DNA of 64,000 nucleotides from Balanoglossus misakiensis. Taxonomy: Eukaryota; Animalia; Hemichordata. Both the position numbers and the translations under genes were made by a program. The notes beneath the pieces are model-generated. The model saw only the letters and a program-made list of their open reading frames with translations, was not told where the DNA came from and did not search any database. How positions within the stretch are numbered: the first letter of the stretch is position 1; each line of letters starts with the position of its first letter. Location of the stretch: NCBI GenBank assembly GCA_040954595.2, contig CM082577.2, forward strand, positions 3,906,305 through 3,970,304, written 5' to 3'. Of this stretch, positions 26,601 to 41,600 are shown piece by piece.

Positions 26601-29600
26601 GGTTTACAATGTCTCCCAACACAGAATACAAATACTTAAAAAATAAAAACAATGTTCAGTTTTAATACCCACTGATGAGGGGAAACATCAGTTTCAAATT
26701 CTTTTCATGGGAGTGCTGTTTTTCTTTTTTTACAAGATAGAATGAATGTAATTCTGAATAGAATCATATGTCAACAATAACAATGGTCAGTCTAAATATC
26801 TGACAAAGTTTGATAAGTTTAATCCGGTGGATAAACTTTTTTTTTTGGGGGGGGTCACATTTTACAATTGAAGAATTTAGGGGGGGACACATTTTAGAAA
26901 AGTAATTTCGAGGGGGGGTTGCCTTTTACATTTAGTCGGCGACTCAAATTCCACCGGCCCCCCCCCTCCCTGTAAAAAACGAATGCTCCCTAAGAAGACA
27001 TAATGTCTATGTTTCAATGTATAGCATCCGCTTTACAGTGCATCAAACGCGTTCGATTTTGCCAGCCGTGTGGTGGAATTAATGCATCCCTAACATCTGA
27101 AAGGCATGTTAGGAAAAGTAGATTACATTTGAATTCAACTGGGGGTCAAGTTACATGCTGCAAGCTATAGGTGACATCACAGTAAATTTAGTAGTAGTAA
27201 TGCGTCCTAATGTGCAAGTACGTGTTCATTAGCTAATTCCCTTGGCGGTGTTAATTTGCGGGGGTTGATAAATGTTAGATGGTATTCAGATGAATATTAA
27301 CCACTTTCAGGTACAATCAAGGTCGTTTAAATAACAGGGTCGTGTAATTATTTGGTCATTTCGGCTGCCGCGCGGGATGGTTTGCAAGTCTTAACTCCAC
27401 TGATAGTCGAACATTAGAATATAACACGAATCGCCTATTCTTACCATGTGCTCGGAGTTTGATATACATGTATTCCGTTCTGAAATTTTAAGGCCCCCAA
27501 GAGCTGCCACTTTTTGCATTATATTCACATGATTTTACTACAACAGGGTCATGAAACGCACAGCTCTCACAACATTATGGGCACAAGTGTCTCCGGGCTC
27601 ACACTATTTACACCGTATACCACTGCAAGATCACGTGTTCACTCTCATCGGGTCACGGGATCAACCGTTTCAATGTTGCGCTATACCCTTGCAAAGGTCG
27701 CGCAATTTATGTCAGTGCAAACCGAAAGTTTACACCGCTGTGGGTACACAGCAATATTGAAGCGGGACATTGTTTACTTTGCCGAACGAGATCAGCGAGA
27801 GAGTTTACTTTGCCGAACGAGAACAGCGAGAGAGTACAGTCGTAACGACATCTGCACTGTGCGTCTCCACGCGACCTTTACTGTATGGGTGATGCGGTTA
27901 GTTTAATCACCTGTCTCTGCCTGCGATGTGGAAGATATGTGTAATTTGATCATCGGGGCGCGCGCATGTACTGGCATTTAACATCTCTGATAGACAGGTT
28001 CAATACCATCATATCTTTATCATTCTACATTGGGCGTGGAATCCACTGACGCCTTTCAATAGAAACCAACTTAACGATTCATGCAAATTTCTCGAAAATT
28101 GCTTTTTACACAACGAGATAGGGATCGCCTTTCTGGGGGTTTTGTGTTGGGCTTCAATACACGTGTAATAAAGATTACAAAAACACGGAAATAAAATAAT
28201 TGGTGCGAGAGATATACTGGTTGGTGTAATCTCACGAGGAAACATCGAAAGTGTACCGCCAATGGTGATTTATACCATGCAAGTGCCCCCTCGCCCTTTC
28301 TCTGTGCGTACCTGATGATCGTTAAATTATTAATCTATTAGTTTTCACCGAAGCACCGGGCAAAGATTCTTTAGTGCAAAATGTTTGATCGTGACAATAT
28401 GTGTGAGCAGCGCTCCTGTCATTCAGAGACGAATTTCTGCCGATTGTGTATTTCAGATCTGGTGGACAATACGAGCGTATTATCTGCCATCGGGAACGCA
28501 GCAGGGTTTTTTGTAAACAAAGAGAGGTGCAATATGGTTAGCGGGAAGCGATAATACCAGCTAATATTGGACGGCCGTGAAAACGGTTGAACATGTTGCC
28601 TGAGATAAAACACATTTAGCATTTCGTAGATTGGCAAGAGCGTGGTGACACACGGCTGTCACTATTGTGTCAGCGCGCCCCCGTGACCTTCCCCCTGCTG
28701 CCAAACATTGACGTGACAGATAATATATGCTCCTTCCCCGCGACGGGTGCTGGTTCGAAGTTTTTTTATAGCGTGTAAACAGACAGAACTCAACGCCCAA
28801 TTTGTCGAGGGCTGGCTGAGAATTGTGTCTGCTGTGTGTCGTTTTGCTAAAAAAATGTCCACTTCTGGTATTTGCGTTGCTCCATTGACAGGCATTCTCA
28901 AATTATGACTGACCCCACCCAAGAACACCATCACCAGTTCATAACGCATTTAGCAGGTGTATACAGCGCTACATAATATTTTCAAATGCCGTGTAGTAAA
29001 TGGGAATATGGAAATAAACACAGAATGGACTGGTGTTTCAATAACACGGAAACAGAATTCCCTCCGCTGCCTCAGTGCGTGTACTTAGACGGTCCTGATT
29101 CGGATAATTTCACAGTTCATTAGTTTGTATTCAGAAATAACTCGAACTATAATACACGATCTGAAATCAAATGTTCACGGTTCTTTCTGTGTCTATGCCC
29201 TGGCCTTTATTTGAATCGCTAAGACCCCCAAATCCCAACATGCACCATCTAATAATGACATGTATTCACGGCATCGTGAAGTTACTTGCCTGGCAAGAGT
29301 TCAACACGCGTGGAACAATCAGCCCTTTTTCATTCAAACGTCGCAGTCATTAGCGAACCTCTATTTGCAATGTTACGAGATCGAAAAGGAGTGTGTTTTG
29401 TAATTCAATGCATACTTGATAATGTAGTTTCACCCTCGCCTCTCTTTGCAATGAGCAGTGTGCGATTCAATTCTTCTGTGGCTGACATGTTTGTGAATAG
29501 TTATTACTATCAAATTGAAATTGCGCCTGGTTAAACCACGTCGATGTTTGGCGCGGACGTATGTCCATTCACGGATGCAGACGACAGGGTCAGGACAATC

Positions 29601-32600
29601 ACACGCAAGGACGACACACAGACGGACGTGAAATGATGTCGCTAATTAATATTCAGCGGGAACGGATAGTCTGTGTTAACAAGTTTTGCGAAAAATTTAT
29701 TGATTTAGCTTTCAGGACTCTTACAACTTTTGCGAGCATGTTATTTATTCAGCTTAGACGACCCATGAACATGAACGTGCATTTATTCGATAGATAGTCA
29801 ACTCCGGAGATGAATATCTTCACGAGGTACAAAAGGGTAATGTTTGATCATCGCCGATAGATAAGCCGTACTTCCATATACATGACAGTCATATGTATTA
29901 AAATGCGGGTTACTTGCACGTTATGGTGTTTTCCTTTGTTCGGTGATTTCCCCTGTACTTGGCAGTGGTTTTCTATACAAGTAAATGCAGGCAAATAACA
30001 AAAGGTTTTCCCGTCAGTTTCACAAGGCAAATATTTTGACAGTAGGAACGTGTTTATTCACGCGGCCGTCTGTGATGGCTTTGATGAGTAAGCTCTCCGA
30101 AGGCAGCTGTTCAAAGTCACTGTCAAGGGCGACAGTTTTGATTTTTTGACTCAAAACAGACCGCGAGCGATATATTCCGATCTTTTAGGCAGAACAAGCC
30201 ACAGCGGAAAGATTTCTATAGCGGTATATGCGATACATACATTCACTTCAACAATTCTAATACGCAAAATCCTTTAATGGTATCTTAAAGAGGCGATGCT
30301 GTAAGCCTTCCCATGAATCATCTCAACTGCCCGGTAAAATTTTATATCCCACTTTCCGGCTCGCAATCAGTATTCACGATGTTGCTCACGCGTTGGCCCG
30401 CGGGCGAGATTAGAGCTCTGTTATAACACTGGAAAATAGTGACGACTGGTTTGCGTATGGTTCTGTTGAGAATAAAAGCTTTGGGCACCTTTTTTCAAAA
30501 CAGGACAAAGAACTCCCTAGATTGTCAGTTACAATCTGCAAGCCCCCCAAGCCAGCCAATTATGCCGTTATTTTGGGTTGCATTTATACCTTGCTCGTCA
30601 CTAAGCACTTATCGGTACAAATGCTTCCCATTTTCATCCAAAATACCTCCTGGCAGAATACTGTCATTTCGCTACGGCGCTTCTCGTACGATGATCAAAG
30701 GCTTACAATCACCTCTAATTTGCATATGCCCTTTGTACGGTTAAAAGGTCGTGGCTAAGTTTTCGAACGACCATGCGGTGGCGCATAATTTTTTTTCGCT
30801 TGGAGACCCATTGAAAATATGTTATTGGCTGGAATTCAATTTAGCTACAGTTACCATGGTAACTGGCTAAATTAGCGTAGGAGACCTCAAAGCAAATCTT
30901 CGTTTCGAAGAGTTACAAAATTACTGTCCTCGATACCTCAGAGAGACATATTTCCGCCTCAGTGTCACTTTCCTTATTTTAACTGATAGATCGAGAAAGA
31001 GGACAACAAGCACAACCAGAGACATATTTGCATAATTCTGCCGTCATCATATTTGACAAAAAAGACTACATTAATCAACGGGTAACATTTCGACCAGCGA
31101 CTGTACAGTAACCCATACCCCTGCCCGGCCTGTAGCCAACAATCTGTTTTCTCGATATCTGCTTTTGACTTAATTCAACATCACATGATGATCGTCATTG
31201 CATTTCATCCTTGTAGGCTTAATCCCGTACAAGGCGGATGCAATTGAAGGCGGTAATCAGGGCTATCCCAAATCGTGTATATTTTCGAGTCTAAGAAACA
31301 GACGCCAGAGACCAGTGGCATTACTCACAAAAATCTAATCCAATCCTCAGCCTTCCCAAGGACAAAGTTCTATGTAAAATTGCCAGCCATAACACTGAAG
31401 AAAAATTGACTCAATACAGGGTACTCGTGAAAGGAGGTGATTTCATCAAAATAACAAACAGGCTTCATCTTGTTATGTATTTTAAAATTAGTTAATCTGC
31501 GCTGACATTAGTATTAGCTGATGAATAGCTTTCGTTATATGCGTGTAGCGATATCTAAATTGTTGAAGCATATCTTGAAAACGAGTTGTGCGTTACGAAC
31601 GCCGGCGAGCAATATATATCTCGTTCAATTTAAACGACAAAGAGGCAAAGTTTAATGCCAACGCAGTACATGTTTGGGGCTTCAAATAACGAGAAAGTAA
31701 TTGCTCATTGGTATTCGCCGCAGCGGCACTCAAAAGCTTGGGCGCAGATTATGTTTTCGCGTAAATATGGATTCCACATTTCAATAATGAAGACGGCAAA
31801 CGGCCGAGACGAGAAGCAATTCATTCCAGCAGGAATGCGAAGTCACGCTTCCGACGCTCAAAATACATTATTTCCCCGGATCACTTCATGTCGTGACACA
31901 CTTACGTCAAACAAAAGAGCTCGTCGATTCTTCTGAAACTGCCGATCGTGAAAATTTATTGCGTGTGACCGTTATTTTTGCAATTTCCACGGTTGACTCG
32001 TTTTAATCCGCTTCGACATGTGGCGAGCAGGGAACACATATTAATGCCGGCCAGGTCACAGTTAAACATTTTTTTATGATAACCATGTCGACTCATTTAA
32101 ATGAACGCAAATGATAAAATCTTATATATGTTTGCGTCATTTCCTTAAATGTTGACACTGGCAATTACTGTATCTACTTGTAAACCATATCATCAACTCA
32201 TTTATCTATTCATTAAAGCCTCACCATACAGAACGTTTTGCTTTTATGCTTTTTTTAATTGCCTCCGATATAAGCCATTTGGGGCATAAACATGAACGCA
32301 TTACTTTGAATTTGATGGACGCGGCCATATTGTGGTTGCAACCAATTAATTATTTCTTCAAATGTTTTCTTGTGTGTCCGGGTCAACGTTTTATAGTAGG
32401 CCGCTACTAACCCCTCGGTATTCACATTTACATGAGATTTGTTTTTATTTATTCATTCATTCATTCATTCATTCATTCATTCATTCATTCATTCATTCAT
32501 TCAACCGAAAACGTGTCGTGCATTTACGACGCGCTTTCCATCGACTTCAATAACCCCCCCCCCCCCTAAATATTGACAAGTTGTGGTCCATAAGAACAGC

Positions 32601-35600
32601 GATTCACCCTCGTTACAGTGTCTGGCAAATCTATCGCCCGTGGGCGCCATGGTGCTCTGCTTGTAAGAAGTAAGCAACGATTTTCTAAGTTTAGAATTCT
32701 TATTACATTAAGTGTCTAATACACTTCTTGTCTGGAAACTTTATTGCGCCTAAACCCAGAGTCATTGGTGTCACCTATCACGTTGCGACTACACCTGGGG
32801 GACAGAATCTTTGCTCCCAAACACTTAGACAGAACGTGATGAAGCATATATGTCGATTGTTTCTATGAGCACCATGGCGCAGATCCTTTGGGTCGTCTGT
32901 CAAAAAATTGAGAATTTTAATTTTTTTTTCAAAAGCGTTCTCTAATCTCCAGGTACGCTTGTCGAGATAAAAGTAACTCGAATCGTGCCCTTGCTGGCAC
33001 ACACATGGTTGGTGTTTCATTGAACATGGAAGTCGAATCACTTTCAATTCCTATTTAAAATTAATGAAATTTCTCTTTGGATGCGATGCACGTAGTTCAG
33101 CTCCTACAATCATGAACATTACTTTATAATCATAATATTCATATTTCCAAAATTACACTACTTCATTTTGCTACATATCGCCATTATTTGCAAAAACGAG
33201 ATCACCAGCTCCATTAACTTGCTGCCTTCTTACTTGTTCGTGTAATATATTGAATTCTTTATGTTACTCACAAATTCTGGTGTAGGTCACGTAATAAGAT
33301 TAAAGTTGAGAATACTTGTGTCTTCAAGCAATGTTAATCTCATCTCGAAAGAAGAATGAGCACATTTAATCGGCTTGGTAAAGATTTTTTTTTTCTTTTT
33401 GCAAAGTTTACTAGGTTCACGCTGTAGAAGCAGAATTATATTCAGAAAGCTTAAGTTGTTCCTCGAACGAAATTTCATTTCAATCCACTCAATACCGCGA
33501 GCAAAGAGAAACGAACTTTGTTCCCTTGCCTTAACAACTGCCTATGCTCAGGGGTGACATAAAAAGACGATTTGTGGCCAGTATTGTCGCCGTTCTATGG
33601 TTCAATTCGCGGCATGTTTTATTTACCAAAGAACACTTCATAAATACGGTTTCACATTGGCCGAGTTACACAACCCAATTGTCGACTTGTGGGTGTTTTA
33701 TGTGTGAGAGGCTTCAGTTCACTGATGCGTTTTTACATGAATTGCTGGGTCATGAAGCTCTGGGATTTTTCGATAATGTCACAAGCAAGACACGCGCAGC
33801 AGTACGCCTTGACATTTATGTACATTGAAGACTTGTTTTGCTCCTTCACTGCTACAGCGCTGGTCAATTTACCTTCGGTAGAGACTGATAATTTGAGACT
33901 GATAATTTGATTGCAGAGTACAAGTTTTTTGCATGGCACACACAACATCAAAATACAACACCCGGTGGGGAGATTTAAAACGGTGGCTTTTGAAGTTTGT
34001 GACTACAGCAAATCTGCAAATTACACGTTTAGGTTTGACATGCGTCGAAATGAGACCGAGTGCCTCCCTCAGGTATTCCAATCCCCCAAGATGCTTTTCT
34101 TGATTACCCGTCGATAGGATGACAGCTGCTCTCCTCCGGCCCGGGAGAGTCCGCTGAACGGCGGGACGTCGCAAGCCCCGTGACCAGAAACGCATCCATC
34201 GCGCCGGTTATACGTCCGAACGTACATCCTGATCGATGGATCGGATGAAATGCACGCAGCGGAGGTCGCTCACAATCAATCACAGATCCTGTACTAGTCC
34301 CGATGAAAGAGACTTTGTCGACAATGAAAGCAGATTAAAGACAATATCCCATCGATTATCCGATTTACAGTTCAATTCTAAATAACAAGTCCAAGAAGCA
34401 CAAACACAACAGACAACAGAAAGTCACGGGGACAAGCCAATCATGCAACCAGGAAGTTGCGTCAGTCGTTTCGAAAAGAGTGATTACGCCCTAATCCGCC
34501 GGTGATCTCTTGACATATAATTATAAAAGCATTAATTAGAAAGTATTTATAAAGACATTTTCTAGCTTAAAATCAGTGCGACATTCCCAGCTGAAAGATA
34601 CGCCATATTTGTTTTTCAGCTCATGAAGCCTGCCAAACTGCCTAACAGCCAGAACAATAGTTCTTATGTATATGTATCATAAAGAGCGGTTCTCTTGCTG
34701 TCTGTCGGAGCTGGCAGTAAGCGGTGCGGATGAGAATATTTACAAGGCGACAGTTTCCGTGTTGCAAGTCGATGTAGTGTCAATGTGGGTCGACGACAGG
34801 GTAGAATAATCAACCGATGTATTGACTACTCCGAACGTGGAGTCATGTTTTAACCCTTACAGCAAAAGTGAAGCAGTCGCGGAAATAATTGGCAATTTTG
34901 TGCGCTACGAGACAAGCGAGATTTCTGGTCATTTGAGGAGTCCAACCCCCTCCCTGTAAGATGCCCGGCCACACTAATGACGACACACTCTCTCGTAAGA
35001 TAGTTTCCGACAGTTCCACTCTATTCATATAAGAGCTCACGAGTGGAGCGGATGTGGTCTCCTTACGTACTTTAGTGTATTGGGCTGTAATATGGTTAGT
35101 TCAGTTACTCTGTGTGATATTGGCTCGTTTGTGTTCCACTGTGCATGAGAGAGAAACAGTTACCAAGACTGTATAAGTATTATAACAATATAGATGACGG
35201 ATGAATTAAGGAATATGTCTTCTACGAGGAAATATATTCGGAATTGTTGATATTAACTAGGCCTATCACAATTCCTGAAAAGACATTCCCAATGGAATCC
35301 TCATAAACATGTAGAACGGCATAACACAGAGGAAAGATAAAAGATGCGCTTGGAAAATTTTCTTTCTCTACTTGTGATAATCGATCAATCGTATACTTCA
35401 ATATGAAATTTATCTGACAAACCGAAAACCACAAAAGAGGATTGCATAGTTACATGCAGTGCTAGACAAGAATGCAGGATGCTGTGTAAACTGTATTAAT
35501 TGAGCATCTGATTGACTACCCAATTCCTTTCATTAAAATCAAATTAATGGACAGACCAGCCGAGATGGCGCGTGGATGTCAATGTTTACACTGTCGCTCT

Positions 35601-38600
35601 AGGGACATTTGATGTTATTAACATATCAAAAAAATCTCTTTTTGATATTTCGATATATTAATGTGCACTCCTAATTTTCCGTGGTTGCTCTTAGGCATAT
35701 GTTCAAACTTTGGCGGTTATTCTACCTGAAAAGGTTTAGTCGAAACCTTACTGAACATTCATCCTCCAGTATTGCTCTTATAGTTTCGAGATCAAAGCAT
35801 ACTTTTACCGTTCAGGCATTTGCCTTGCTTTGATAATTGAGTTCTTTTTCCCCATCAAGACTGCGGTTCTTCCGCTGTTATCAACGCTAAGAACCCTCAC
35901 TTTAAAGTAGGCCTACTCGCACATATCACGGACGGGGAACTGCAATATGCGTTTGCGTCATGTTCCATATCTAGGGGTCCACTTGCATTCTATCAAGTCC
36001 CTTGAGTGCTATGATAACGTTTCGCAGTCCGTTGCGTACACACATCAACATTCCGCAAAATTATCAGCGCTCATAGCGACTGCGTTAGTCGGGGGTTACG
36101 TCCTCACCTAGTATTTACGAAGCCCTTCTCTTGGCAATGATGCCTCTAATACGCAGTTCTCATCTCAGTTTTGTCGGCAGGAGAGATATAAATAACACAT
36201 TTCACTTACGATGATAATTTTATCGACAGTGCATACTGAGCGCATAATGCATTCGATTTAAACACACACACACAGCAGAAGGCCCTTGGGACACCAATGC
36301 CAACATGTCGAAGGCAAAATACATTGCCAGTACACAGAAAGTATTACCGCTTACATGGAAAGAGAAATAGCTGCAACAATTGAACTGGGAATTTTTTACA
36401 GTTTTTTGCCCTGTTCACCAATTAGTTTCGTCTTTCAATGCCTGCAACATGCTAAATTCTGATTGTGAATGCGAATTCATGTCCACATAACAGATCTGTG
36501 TTGCTAAAACTCTTGCAAGAAAGCGTTCTTTTATCAACAGGGGCGTACTGTACACTCGCCCATACGATGTCATAGAGATCATCAATGTTACGTTGACAAG
36601 TTACTCGCAGTATCAATGATTCAGTAGTTTAATCCAGAAAGAACTGATTCCCCAGCAGGAACAAAAATCTCTCTGGAAGAGATGCAAAACGAGAGGATAA
36701 CCCCGAGGTCCGCAAAAAGAGAAGTTTAAATGTTTGATAGACGTCATCACTTGGGTGAGGAGTCATTTTTTCTGTCAAAGATTCAGTAGAAGGCGCCAGT
36801 TTGTCAAAAAGTGTCTCAAGTCTGACAGCGATAGGCTGCTTGTGTGGCTGTCGTCGTGCCAAGGGGCTTCAAAAACATGTTCAACTATACGCAGCATGCA
36901 AGGCCAACTGATTGTACAAGATTTTGTGTTTAGCCTCCGGTGAGAAATGCTTGTTACTGTTATGACATCAACCTGACGTTGGGTAGGGGCTGTGGGAATG
37001 CCAGAAATTCCAACCAAAACACAAATTCACGCTCTGAATACAGATTTTTCCATGCTGGACCCTCACACCCCTCCGCATGACATAACAATGACACGTCCAC
37101 TATCCACAGATACAGACGTTTCACAAAACATGCACCTGACATTTTAAAAGACTACAATGCCGTGGCTCAAAAAGATCGTGCTAGCTCTAAATTGACCACT
37201 CGATGTCACCTTCATGACAGCCGCGCCGACATTTTTGACAACTGCGAAAACAATCCGGAGGCTGTATTTTTGACATCTAAAAACATGCGCCCACGATTGC
37301 TTTGAAGGTTAACAGCGTGCGGTATACCACTGAGGGTGGAAGACATCTGAGGAAGATGGAACAACCGCGCGGCGTTTTCTTCAGTAGAACAGAACATGAA
37401 TAACAATAATTAGGCTATAGTGTATAAGATCGGAAGTTGTCTTGAGCAAAATACGAGAAAAGGTTTAAGACTTTGATTTTCCACTACGTAAACTTGATAT
37501 AGGTGATCATTTTTGGAAATAAAAATGGTCGAGCATTATGTTCAGACGAGTACTACTGTAGAAAGCGCCCCTCCCTCCGGCGCCCGTGGCAGATGCATTA
37601 TTGAAATATGGTATAAGACTTTCCGAGGATTTATTCAAATAAACATTATAATAAGGTCTCTTTAGAGGTAGACTGAATGACAAGTTTTATGAAGCGCACG
37701 CGTATACATGTACGACTTCCAGACTGCCCCCATTTAGCGATGCCATGTACATGCGCAGCTGGGATCAGTGTTGTTCACAAAAGCTCAAAATAAAACATAT
37801 ATACCGGTACCGACAGACAGAGAGACATGATCAAAAAATGTTTAATTTAAAACGGATTATCTGTCACTTCTTATTTCAAAACGATTTAAATCGATACCAG
37901 TTACGAAAATTTCATACACATATTTGGGATAGTATAATGTAATCTTAGAATATGTGCAACAGAAAATTTAGTGGATTGAACATCAATTGTTCGGGTTCGC
38001 TGATTTAAATGTATCTGCTCTTTGCAATAAAAGTCCCTCGTCTATAGCTTGCTGTTTTGCAAAGCAGAATCGTACCGTTCCACATTTTAAAATGCATTAT
38101 GTATAACACATAATTATTCTCTGGGGCTAGGCTTCTCTCTTCATTTTTTTCTCTCTTGAGGAAAAATCCTCTAGTCTAAATCCACTCGTTTTGTGTATGT
38201 AGTGTTTTGGCTGGGAAATACTGATATTGTATAGATACGTAAAAAGCCCGTGTTTTGAATATCCGATGACCGCCATTCGTCCATGTTGACGTCTTTGTGG
38301 CGGGCACTTTATTATAATGCTTTCTTGGCGATATTGGGTTTCGCTTCTTCCATAAACTGGCCGGGGAGTTTTAGGCTGAAATCGATGGATTAGTTTCAAG
38401 CTGGAAAATGGCACATACCCGAAACACACAAAAATGTGCGCCATCGCGTGGTCTTGGGAACATTGAGACTTGCTGAGAAGCGATAAACGGTCACCGTGAT
38501 GAAAGCTTTCATTGAATTCGCAAGCTGCGTTCACTGTCTTTTAATTTCGCTCAACTAGCCAATATATATACAAAGCCTTTGAGATGTACTTTCTAACAAT

Positions 38601-41600
38601 CAAACACTGATGAAGGAAGATACGGCGTGCTGCTACACGTGCATATGGCGGCCCACCTCGGCATACTGAGTGGGCAGCGGAAAATGCAGTATTTACCACG
38701 CTTGTGATGCACTACGCCACAACACAGAATTCAATTATTCCTTAATAGACGTTAAATAGGCTTTTGCTACCTAGGTAAGTGGTAGAAATCTCATTACAGT
38801 TGTCGACAGAATTTCAAGATGGCGGATAGTTTCTGCGAATTCATGAAATACAGGGGTCTGTTCGAGAAAAAAAGTTTGGCCTCGAGTTATAGGATTTTCA
38901 ATGCGAGATGTCACATCGCTCTTTCTTCTACGGGGTTAACTAATGTCACATTTGAGGGAGATGTTTTAATATTTGTTTGATTGTGCAACGAGTGTGTCAA
39001 GATTTCCTTGACAGTGTATGAAGCTCCGGTCCTATACTCCATGTCGTCAATGGAGCTTGCCTAATGACACTATTAATGGCAGTTAGATGCTGTCCAGTGA
39101 AAAGTTTGTCTGCCGAATCAGTTTGGTGTCTAATGGGCGATATGTGGGGCACCGTGTTCGTCGTCTGCGCAGGGAACCGTGGACACATTTTACCAGGGGC
39201 CGTCAATCTACCGCAATAAATTACTAAGTATAACTGCTTGTTTAGGAGCGAGATATTACACACAATTTTCTTCCCACGCGATTTACGGAAATCAATGCTA
39301 ACAGAAGCGAACGCCGACGCTTTTCTTGTTTATAGCTGGAATGACGTTAAGGTTGTTCACCGGCAGACTGACAAGTGCAGTGACATTTCTTAAATATTTA
39401 GAGTAGAGACGAGGGCATCGAAATCAGCGCTACTTTCGAATGTCACACGGGAAATCCCCCAAGCTTTGTGATTAAGGCAAATTTGACATGTAAAATATCT
39501 TGTTCCGTGCAGAATACAATCGTTCCCCCACTGAACGCCGTTGGGTTACTAGCGTGGATGTGCTGTGGGTATTTAAAACACCTGTTGGGGATACGCACGC
39601 TTGTTGACGTCGGCGAATCAATATGGAAAGGTTACGCCAAGACATAGGTGCAAACACACGCGCCCACCACCCAATACAGCCTGCAGCAAAGTTTACTAGG
39701 GATACAAATTTGTTAAATAATCTTTTCAATCGCAGTTTTCGTCTGGTTCGAACATATGCATGTATGCTGCTCTTGGAGATGTTAACACAGGACGCAGTGA
39801 ACAGGGCTAGGTTACAGTTCGATTCGTATTATCATTAATATTGAATCGGTTGGCCAACTGTCTTCATACTCTGGGATGACATGACAGTAAATGGCGTGAA
39901 CTTAAGTACGTTTTCCATAATATTGTACCCTTGGTGCGAAGTGATGTTTCTATACGAAAATTACCGTCGACCCTCTTGGGGAAGAGGTCACATTTTGCGA
40001 ACAGGGACGAGCGAGGGAAAGACTTACAATTGCGAGCTCAGGGAAGGGCCAGGGCCCCCGCTTCACGTAACCTACTGAACCCAAATTCCTCCGACCCACC
40101 CTCTCCCGTAATTTTTGAAAGCTCCCTTGAGGCCAAATGGAAATGTGATATAAACTTACACGTCTTTTTTGAACAGTGTAGACGGCCAGATGATATCAAT
40201 AGTAATATTTGAGTGGCCGTGCAGAGAGATTTACGTTACGATTAGTTTTAGCTCGGATATGATGAAAACAATACGACTCACTGTATTTATCAGACGTATG
40301 CGAAAATAATATTCAGGCCATATCTGGTATAGACGCCAGCGCATATTACACCAGGCAAATTGACAAGTCGGATTCTTCGTAATTTTAGAACACCAAAAAA
40401 ATATTTATAAAATTTGGTAATCACGAGATGTGTTCAGCATGAATATTTCTTTTAATCGTACAGTTTGTTATTCATTATTTTAATGGTGTTATTCGGCTGT
40501 TATTGAAACATGATGTCCGAGCCCTTCTCTCACGCTGTGGACCACATGGATGCAGAACTTAAAACGTTATTTTACGGTAACTGATTCCGGCTTTACGATA
40601 TCATGACGTGCATTTACTTGAAGATTTGAGGCCAGTAAGGTATATGAAAATTGGTACACTACAAAGAACAGTCGCGGCTATAAACGAAGTACCCATTATT
40701 TTTACATTTCTGTGTCTGTCTGTGTGTCTGTGTCTGTCTGTCTGCCTGCCTGCCTGCCTGCCTCCCTGCCTGTCTGTCTAAGAGGTGGTTTACCTGGATA
40801 TATGTCAGACGACTAACAACCATGAATACGTTATTCAATAGCGTTATCTCACGAAGACCGACGGTGTTCTAAGACAGGCGGCAGCTCACTGATACCTGTA
40901 AGTTTGCTCGATTTCCCGGCTGATAGGCGTGCCGATGCTATCACCCACAACCAACAGCGATAGCCGTTCTTTCCCGTTGTTTGCAGCATGAATACATAAT
41001 TCATTCGAGACATTTTCTCTGCAATGTACGAGTCAAGCGTTCTTAGTCAAAACAATATAAACATGTCGTAGTTTTTTCTTGGAAGATATCTATTATTGAA
41101 TGTGTCCTCCCGTTTTCATTACTTTCCATCATGATTATTTTTCACTGATCGCCTCTGACAAAATGATAGTATATTTCCAAAATGCGTGATTTCGGTGACT
41201 TTTATAACCACTGTGGTAACTGGAGAGATGTTTTAATGGAGGTGGTTTTCTTGTAACAAATAAACACTGCACTGCAAGTGAAAATAAAACTCCCGCCATT
41301 ACGAACGCTGTGTAGTACATTGTACGCACGCGTCAAAAAGGTTTTACGATGTTGATTCAGTACCATTTTGTGATTACTGACAACGTCCTGTGAAACGAGC
41401 CTGACTGTTCAAAGATGTTTTCGAATAAAGAGTGGATTATGGTGAGAATTGTAGATATATTCATTAGAAATTCTATCAGACATCTCTCTTCGGAAAACGA
41501 ACTCGTTTCGTTTGTTTTTCACGTGCATCACCGACTTCAAATTGCGTATCCACGCGGAAAATGTTTAATTTTTCGTTGAATATAGAATGATTCTCGGGGC

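Noticed and set aside
40099-40127. Solo Harbinger-like terminus (CCCTCTCCCGTAATTTTTGAAAGCTCCCT)
   Set aside because: It resembles the 25896 TIR family, but no partner end or TSD was found.
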